Part shown: piece by piece, positions 55,480-64,000 of the stretch
Layout of the letters: every line of letters starts with the position of its first letter
How positions within the stretch are numbered: the first letter of the stretch is position 1
NCBI GenBank assembly: GCA_025558095.1
Contig: JAIVFI010000004.1
Coordinates: forward strand, 124,001-188,000
DNA length: 64,000 bases
Reading direction: 5' to 3'
Source: Hyaloraphidium curvatum SAG 235-1
Lineage: Eukaryota > Fungi > Monoblepharomycota
Program-made: the position numbers and the translations under genes
Notes under the pieces: generated by a model
Databases searched by the model: none
The model's input: the letters and a program-made list of their open reading frames with translations, nothing else
What the model was told of the DNA's origin: nothing

Positions 55480-58400
55480 ATGTTCCGCGGACTGTTCGGC
55501 GGCCGCGGCGCGGTGCCGCCGGCGGAGGCCGATCCGGGAGCCGCGTCTGTGGAGGGCCGCGAGGACGAGGTGGAGGGCCGGGGCGGGGACGCCGAGGCCC
55601 CGCCCGCCGGGCCCTCCGAGGCGGCAAGCGACGCGCCCAACGACGCGGCGGAAGGGAATGCCGGCGAGGGCGACGGCGGCGCGGAGGGCGGCGGGCGCGC
55701 GGCGGGCACCCCGGCCGCAGACCCCGTCGCGGGCGCGGACGCCGACCGCCGCTCGACGTCGTCGGGCCCGTCGCGCGCGTCCGAGTCGTCGCGCGCCCCG
55801 TCCGCGGCGCCGTCGCAGCCGCCGTCGGTCGCGCCGTCGTCGCGCGCCTCGGCGACCTTCCGCGCGTCGGCGTCGCTGCCGCGCCCGTCGGGCTCGGCCG
55901 TGCCGCTGTCGGCGCTGGCGCCCGGCGACCTGTTCATCCGTCTGGCCGCGGAGCGCATAGCCGGCATGCGCGAGGCACGGAAGGTGCCCGCGCTGCTGGA
56001 CGACTGCAGGAGGGCCCTCGCCGTCCTCGACTCCCCGCCGTCGCACGGCCACCGCCGCGTGCCCTCGACCTCGTCGCTGTCGTCGCACCAGGGCCCCGTC
56101 TCGGGCTCGGGCCGCACCCCCGACGAGCTGGCCGCGCTGTACGCGCCCCTGGCCGCCGCCTGCGGCTCGCGCAACACCGCCCTGGCCTCGGTCGCCGTCG
56201 ACTGCTTCGGCAAGCTGTTCGCCTACGACTACTGGGGCCGCGGCGCCGCCGACGGGGGCGACCCCGGCCGCGCGTCCATCGACGATCTGGACGACGCCGC
56301 GCCCCCGGTCCCCGACGCCCCTTCGGGCCCGTCCCAGCGCTCGGCAAACTACCCGGACATGGTCGTCGACGCCGTCTCGGCGTGCTTCACCACCCCGCTG
56401 CCGCCGCCGGCGATGCAGCTCCAGATCGTCAAGGCGCTCTCGGCCGCCGTCTCCTCCCCCGGCGGCGTGCACGGCTCGACCCTGCTCAAGTGCATCCGCA
56501 CGCTGTACAACGTCTTCCTGCTGAGCGCCGAGGCCGAGGTGCAGGTCGTCGCGCAGGGCGGCCTCTCGCAGTGCGTCGCCATCGTCGTCGGCCGCGTGCC
56601 CAAGGAAGGCTTCGACTTTGGCGACTACGAGCCCCCGCTGGAGCCCGCGCCGGCCACCGACGCGCCCGACGGCGCCTCCTCCCCTCCGCGCTCCCCGCAC
56701 GCGGAGCACCCGCAGCACGCCCCGCGGGAACCCCTCGCCGTGACCCACCTCAAGGACACCTTCCTCCTCCTCCGCGCGCTGCTCAAGCTCGCCATGAAAC
56801 CCCTGCCCCCCGGCGACCCGGACCTGCGCTCGCACCCCATGCGCTCCAAGCTGCTCTCCCTGTCCCTGGTCCAGTCGGTCCTGCAGGCCTCGCCGCACGT
56901 GCTGGCGACGGACGCGTGGCCGCTGTTTGCGAGGGGGGGCGGGGAGGACAGGACCATGGTACAGGCGGTGAAGCAGTACCTGTGCGTGGGGCTGGCGAGG
57001 AACCTGGCTTCGGCGGTGCCGCAGGTGTACGACGCGAGCCTGGACATTTTCGTGCGCGTGGCGGCGAGTTCCGTGAGGGGGTCGCTGAAGGTGGGGCTTC
57101 CGGTGCGGCTGCGGACCGGCATTGTGCTGATCCGTTTTCCTTCCTTTCGCGCCCACAGAAGGAGCTCTCGGTCCTCTTCACCGAGCTCCTCCTCCCCATC
57201 CTCGAATCCAAGCCCCCCACCTCGGTCACCTACCACCAGCGCCTCTCCCTCCTCCGCCACCTGGGCCGGCTGCTCTCCTCCCCCGAGGGCCCGCGGCTGC
57301 TCGTCGAGATCTACCTCAACTACGACTGCGACCCCGAAGCCTCGGGCCGGGAGAACGTATGGGAGCGGATGGTCTCTGCGCTCGCGCGGGTGGTCAACCG
57401 CACCGAATCCGGCGCCGCGGGCACGCCCACCTCGTCGACGCCCACGGACAAGCGGCCCCCCGGGTCGGGCGAGCAGGCCTTCATCTCGACGCAGCACCTC
57501 GCGCAGCTCAGCAAGACCGAGGTGTCGCAGCTCTACTCGTCCAAGGGCGACGCGGCGGAGCTGCGGAGGAGGGCGCTCGAGGTGCTCGTCACGGGCGTCT
57601 TGGGAGGTTTGGCGGAGTGGGTCCGCAGCCGGCGCGCGGAGGAGGATGCCCGCGAGGCCGAGTCCGGGGGCCCGGGGACCCCCCGCGCCGGAGCGGAGGA
57701 CGACGAGGAGCCGGCGGCGGGGCAGCCCCCCGCGGCGGACGTGCCGAGCGTGTTCGAGCAGAGCATGCGGCGCAAGATGCTCGCGCAGGAGGGGGTCAGG
57801 AGGTTCAACTGGAAGCCCAAGAAGGGGGTGGGGATGCTTCTGGAGACGGGGATGGTGCCGTCTTCGGACCCGAAGGAGATCGCGAGGTTCCTGCTGCGCG
57901 CCGAGGGGGTGGATAAGCGCGTGCTCGGGGAGTACTTGGGGGAGGGCGACGAGGAGCACATTGCCATCATGCACGCGTTCGTGGACGGGATGGAGTTTGC
58001 GGGGATGCGGTTCGTGGACGCGCTGCGGGAGTTCCTGCAGAGCTTCAGGCTGCCGGGCGAGGCGCAGAAGATCGACAGGTTCATGCTCAAGTTCGCGGAG
58101 AGGTACCTGGCCAACAACCCGGGCAAGTTCGGGAGCGCAGGTCGGTATCCGGCAGCGCGCGCCACATTGGCTTCGAGCTTACCGCGTCCCGCGGCTTCCA
58201 GACACGGCCTACGTGCTCGCCTACTCGGTCGTCATGCTCAACACGGACCTGCACAACCCGCAGATCAAGAAGCACATGACCAAGCAGGAGTTCATCCGCA
58301 ACAACCGCGGCATCGACGAGGGCAAGGACCTCGACCAGGATTTCCTCGAGACCATATACGACGAGATCGCGTCCAACGAGATCCGTATGAAGGAGGAGCA

Positions 58401-61400
58401 CGAGAACAAGCCCGCGGCGCCGGAACCCCCCGCGCTCGGGCTCGACCTGCTCAGCCTGGTCCCCGTGGCGCGCAAGCGCGCGCCGGCGCCGAGCCTGGCC
58501 AGCGAGCAGATGGCGCAAAAGACCGAGGGCGTGCTGTTCAAGCTCCTGCGCGGGCGCAAGAAGAAGGCCGCGGCGGTGCTGGCCGAGTCGGCCTCGCGCA
58601 ACTCGATCGAGGCCGTCGGCGACCGCGCGGGGGTGAGCAACGTGTGGTTCCGGGCCAGCCACCACGAGCACGTCAGGGGCATGTTCGAGGTGGTGTGGAT
58701 GCCGGTGCTCACGGCCGTCAGCGGGCCGCTGCAGGAGACCGAGGACCCGGACCAGCTGCAGCTGTGCCTCGAGGGGCTCAGGCTGAGCATCAGGCTGTCG
58801 TGCGAGTTCCCCGAAATGGAGCTCGAGCGGCGCGCCTTCGTGTCGACGCTGTCCCGGTTCACGCAGCTGGCCAACCTGGGCGAGATCAGACCCAAGAACA
58901 TCGAGGCCATCAAGCTGCTGCTGGAGATCGCCCTGGCCGAGGGCAACTTCCTCGGCGAGAGCTGGAGGGACGTCGCGGCGTGCATCAGCCAGCTGGACCG
59001 GCTCGCGCTGCTGGGCGGCGGTGGCGCCGGGGACGAGGGGATCAAGCGGATCATGTCCCGGAGCAGCATCTCGGCCGGCTCGGGCGACGCCAAGGCCGGC
59101 AAGGCCGTGCTGGAAAAGGCCGCGCTCGAGACGGCGACGCCGGACATGACCGTGGCCATCGACCGCATCTTCTCGGGGAGCGTGCAGCTCTCGGGGTCGG
59201 CCATCAACGACTTCTACCGCGCCCTGTGCGCCGTCTCGTGGGACGAGATCCAGTCATCGTCTTCGTGGGAGCACCCGCGGATGTACTCGCTCCAGCGGCT
59301 CGTGGAGATGAGCTACTACAACATGAACCGCATCAGGATGGAGTGGACCAACCTCTGGGCCATCCTCGGGGACCACCTCAACCAGGTCGGGTGCCACCCG
59401 AACCCCAACGTGGGCTTCTTCGCCATCGACAAGCTGCACCAGCTGGCCATGAAGTTCATGGACCTGGACGAGCTGCCGTACTTCAAGTTCCAGAAGGACT
59501 TTCTGCGGCCGTACGATTACATCCTGGGCAACAACCCGGACCAGGGCATCAAGGACATGGTGCTGCGCTGCATCCACCAGCTCATCCAGTCCAAGTCGCG
59601 CAACATGAAGTCGGGCTGGCGCACCGTCTTTTCGGCCCTCTCGCGCGCGGGGCGGGACAAGTCCGAGAGCGTCGTCAACTACTCGTTCGAGATCGTGCGC
59701 GCGCTGCACACCTCCTTCTTCGACACCGTCGTCGCCAACCAGGCCGCGCCGGAGCTCATCAACTCGCTCGTCGAGTTCTGCAAGAACCCGCGGTACGAGA
59801 AGATCAGCCTCCAGGCGACCGAGATCCTCAAGGCGACCGTGCCGCGGATCGCCGATATCGCCGTGGCCGAGAGCGCGCGCGTGCGCAGGATCTGGGAGGA
59901 GGAGCAGGCCGCGGGCGGCGAGGCCGAGACGGCGACCGCGACCAAGCAGCGCAAGGAGGATCCGATGCTCAAGTATTGGTTCCCGATCCTGTTCGGGCTG
60001 TACGAGATCGTCATGACCTGCGAGCTCGAGGTGCGGACGAGGTGGGTGTCGGACGGGTTGGCGGCTTGGGATCGGGCTCACGGACTTTCAGGGCCTTGAA
60101 CTACCTGTTCGAGACGCTGCGCGAGTACGGCGGAACCTTCCAGCAGGACTTTTGGGAGGTCGTGTGCCGCGGCGTCCTCTTCCCCATCTTCGACGACCTG
60201 CGCATGTCGAAGTCGGAGACGACCAAGTTCGGCAACCGCGAAGACATGAGCATATGGCTGTCCACCACGCTCATCAAGGCCCTGCACGAGTTCGTCGCGC
60301 TGTTCGACGTCTTCTACGAGCCGTTGAGCTTCATGATGGACGGGTTGCTGGACCTCCTCGCCCTCTGCGTCACGCAGGGTTGGTCCGCTGGGATGAGCTC
60401 CTGGATGCGTTGCGCTGACTGTTGCGGTTCCCCGATCAGAGAACGAAGCCTTGGCCAGGATCGGCGCCGGCTGCATACAGCAGTTCGTGGAAACGAACGC
60501 CGCCAAGTTCGACGCCGAAGCCTGGGACAAGGTCTGCGGGGCGTTTGGTAGGCTGTTCCAGGCGACGACACCCGCTGGACTTTTCCAACTTCGCGAGCAG
60601 GCGATGACGTTCGCACCTGGGCTTCCGCTGGATCGCAACATCCGGGAGGAGGAGGGCTCGAAGGGCCTGGAGCAGCAAAGTTTGAAGCCGGGCCAGAGCA
60701 CTTCCGAGCAGCAGCAGCCCGACACACCGCCCGAGAGTCCGGAGGACTTGCCGGTCGGGGGCACCGGACCAGCCTCGACGCAGGAGCGCCCGCCGATTAG
60801 CAAGAAGGAGTTCCAGCAGACCATCAGCAAATGCGTCATCCAGCTGCTGCTCATCCAGACCCTGCACGAGACGCTCACGCGCAACCCGGTCGTGTACGGC
60901 AACATCCCGACGGCCTCGTACCTCGCGCTCCTGGACTGCTTCGAGAGGAGCTTCCAGTTTGCGAAGCGGTTTAACAACGACCTGGAGCTCCGGCTGGCGC
61001 TGTACCGGGCCGGGTACATGCAGCAGCTCCCGAATCTGCTCAAGCAGGAGACCACCGCCGCGTCCTGCTACGCGGCGGGCCTGCTCAAGATCTTCGTTGA
61101 CTCGGGGAGGGGCGCCGCGATGCAGGCCATGGTGGAGCAGCGCGTGGCACCGTGAGTGTTTGGCGAGGCTTAGTTTGCCGAGTCTCTGCTGATGCCTTCC
61201 CTCGTCAGGCTCGCGAGCGACATCTTCGAGCAGTTCAACGGTTTCGACCCGGAGACGAAGAAGCGGAACATTGCGGCATGGAAACCGGTTATTGTTATGT
61301 TCCTCAACTCTATCGCGCTTTTCGACGACGAGCAGGTTGGTTTGCGGATTGTGCGGCGGCGGCGATGCCGAGTTGCTCACTACAGCTGCACGTCAGTTTG

Positions 61401-61528
61401 CGCGGCACATACCCGTCTTCTATACCCTCTTCGTGAATACCCTACTGCGGGACATCACGCCCGATATCCGCCAAGCGCTGCACGCGGTGCTGCTGCGCGT
61501 GGGTGACTACATCTTCGGCAAGGAATAG
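55480..61528 (+). CDS. SEC7: Sec7/BIG-family ARF guanine nucleotide exchange factor, multi-exon
   Basis: DCB and HUS (YLNYDCD) regions, Sec7 motif FRLPGEAQKIDRFM, AYSVVMLNTDLHN, HDS regions YYNMNRIR, FQKDFLRP, LLKQE. Confidence 0.95.
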
Positions 61529-61859
61529 ATAACTAACTGCAATCTCCGGCACTGATCGTTGATGCTTGTCCTCATCCAAGAGTCCGAAGGCGCACTGCAG
61601 ATCCGTCAAGAACTAACAGGTTAACTCCCACATGTCCGGTGCGCCGGATGCAAAGTACTGGCATCAACGTGCTCAACCAATCAATCAGCTTGCCTGATCA
61701 CGATTCTAACCGCGACTGATGCTCCACCCCGTGGACACGGCATTGGCGAAGATTGGCGATCTCTGCTTCGACTGGCCGGCCCTTGCCACAATCGCAACTG
61801 TCTTCCCTTGTTGAAACAACGCGCTTCAGAGCACCGCGAACGATCTCTCCTCCCTCATC

Positions 61860-63664
61860 ATGCCATCTGAGTCCTGGGAATCCGTCCGCGATGCCAAGCT
61901 CGCGGCCAAGAAGGCGGCCTACGCGCGCTTCGGCGTCGAGATCTCCGTCCCCGAATCTCGCAAGAACGTGATGGACGTTCCCAGAGAGTGCGGCAAACTT
62001 ACGGCCGAGGAGCTGGAGATCACCGAGACACCCGCCTCGAAGCTGCTGGAGAAAATGGCATCAGGATCGCTGTCCGCCGTGGACGTGGTTACCGCATTCG
62101 GCAAGCGGGCTCTTATCGCCGACCAGGTCCGTTGGCGACGCGCCGATCCCGCTATGAGGATGCTCATTTCCGTGCTCATTTCCGAAAGGTGGTCAACTGC
62201 CTCACCGAGGTGTTCATCGACATGGGAATTGAGCAGGCGAAGGAGCTCGACGCGCACCTCAAGGCGACCGGAAAGCCAAAGGGTCCCCTGCACGGCCTGC
62301 CCATCAGCCTGAAGGACCAGTTCTCCGTCAAGGGCATCGAAACCACCATGGGCTACTCCGCCTGGGCCGGCAAGCCCGCAGAGGAAGACTGCGACCTTGT
62401 CGTCGCCCTGCGAAAGGCGGGGGCGGTGTTCCACGTCCGCACGAACGTCCCGCAATCGCTCATGGTCGGCGAGACGATGAATCCGATATTTGGTCTGACG
62501 ACGAACCCGCGGAACCGGACGCTCACATGCGGCGGGTCGAGTGGCGGGGAAGGGGCGCTGATCGCGATGAAGGGAAGCCCGCTGGGCGTCGGGACGGACA
62601 TGTCGGTACAAGTGTGGCCCTCGATCGTCGCAACGACTAATCGTGTGCATCGCCATGCGTCGGACAGCGGCGGATCGATCAGAATTCCCTCAGCGTTCAA
62701 CTCACTCTACGGCCTCAAGCCCTCGTACAACCGACTGCCCTACGGCCTCGCCGCCAATTCCCTCCTCGGGCAGGAGAGCATCGTCTCTGCCCTCGGCCCG
62801 ATATCGGAGGACCTCGCCGCATGCGAAATCTTTGTCCGCGCGGTGCTGGGGCAGGAGCCGTGGCAGCACGACCCGAGCTGCCTCCGAATCCCGTGGAACG
62901 AAGCTGCGGCGGGGTCGCTGGAGGGGAGAAAGCCCGTGTTCGGGTACCTGGTCGGTGATGGGAATCTCGACCGGGTGACGCCCCCCGTGGAACGCGCGGT
63001 GACGGACACCGTGGCCAAGCTCAAGGCCGCCGGGTACGAGGTGAAGCCGTTCGAGATGGTGGGGAGGAACGAAGGTGCGCTGCTCGTCCTGAGGATCTGG
63101 GCGGCCGACGGGGGCAAGGACATCACGAGGGACGTGGACGCGGGCGGCGAGCCGTACGTCCCGGCACTCGCTTGGGTCCTCGCTGCGCGTGGCAAGGGCA
63201 TCGACGCTTACGATTTCTGGCAGGTGGGATAGCCAGTACGGCGGATCGAACCCGCTGCTCACAATTCCGCCGATCGCCAGCTCAACAGGCAGAAGGACGT
63301 GATCCGCCGGCGCTGGCTGGAAGCCTGGAACGCCAGCGGCATCGACGCCCTCATCCTCCCCCCTGCGCCGTGGCCCGCGCCCCCACACAACAAAATGACG
63401 TACTATTCCTACACCGGGCACTTCAACCTGCTGGACGCTACCGCGGGCATCGTGCCGCACTCGTTCGTGCAGGCCACGGACGCATACCCGGAGGGATACG
63501 AGCCGAAGAACGCGGACGAACAGATGGTCGCCGAGACGTGGGGTTCCGCCGAGGTGTTCGAGGGCGCCCCGGTCTGCGTGCAGGTGGTGTGCAGGAGGCT
63601 CGAGGAGGAAAAGTGTCTTGCTGCCATGCGGATCGTCGACGGCGTGATCCGGGGCGGCAAGTGA
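61860..63664 (+). CDS. Amidase-signature family enzyme (acetamidase/FAAH-like), three introns
   Basis: GPLHGLPISLKD, RTNVPQ, GGSSGGEG, GTD(I)|GGSIRIP. Confidence 0.92.
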
Positions 63665-63771
63665 GTGCTGGGAAGGTGGAATCACGATCGTTGCACAAGT
63701 TTGGATCTAGCGATGGTGTTGCTCTTCTTTGGCTTTCGATTCAAGTTCTTCCATTAGCCTAAAATCCAACC

Positions 63772-63987
63772 TCACCGGTTGAAGATCACAAACACCACCT
63801 GGTACACCGCGAACCCCAGCGTCCCGACCGCGGCCGCCGCTGCCGTCCCCAACCCGTGCGCCGCCCCCGCGGCCTTGGCAAACAGCTCGAGGAACCAGAC
63901 CAGGTACACGGTCATGAGCACGCGGAGCAGGTAGCCGGGCGCGGTCGACGAGCTGAGGGCGTCCTCGTATTCCCGCTGGTTGAGAAA
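63772..63987 (-). CDS. 3' exon of an unidentified membrane protein (gene continues beyond the window)
   Basis: After a CAG acceptor at 63988-63990: FLNQREYEDALSSSTAPGYLLRVLMTVYLVWFLELF...VGTLGFAVYQVVFVIFNR*, two hydrophobic segments. Confidence 0.5.
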   Translation of the reverse strand, partial: FLNQREYEDALSSSTAPGYLLRVLMTVYLVWFLELFAKAAGAAHGLGTAAAAAVGTLGFAVYQVVFVIFNR

Positions 63988-64000
63988 CTGTCGACGTGTG

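Overview
Gene-dense, very GC-rich (roughly 65-70% by eye) eukaryotic DNA. Introns are short (about 50-110 nt), mostly GT-AG, with CTGAC/CTAAC/CTGAT branch points. Gene content (fungal TF middle-homology domain, NPC2-like ML protein, amidase, Sec7, DNMT1, trypsin-like proteins) points to a fungus, probably early-diverging/zoosporic (resembles Monoblepharidomycetes such as Hyaloraphidium; inference only). About 28 protein genes or pseudogenes are supported; no RNA genes, CRISPR arrays or transposases were recognised. Highlights: (1) three dispersed paralogs of a 7-TM family with gustatory-receptor-like (7TMIC) topology plus a private H..CPCPxPxC motif; (2) an unnamed Zn-binding-like domain shared by two otherwise dissimilar genes; (3) a divergent pair of secreted, catalytically dead trypsin homologs with Lys/Arg/Thr tails, next to a second inverted pair of Zn-finger genes; (4) a recurring C-rich to G-rich switch along coding exons; (5) an intact but motif-divergent DNMT1 in CpG-rich DNA; (6) bacterial-like enzymes and several pseudogenes. 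All calls come from reading the sequence by eye, without database searches.
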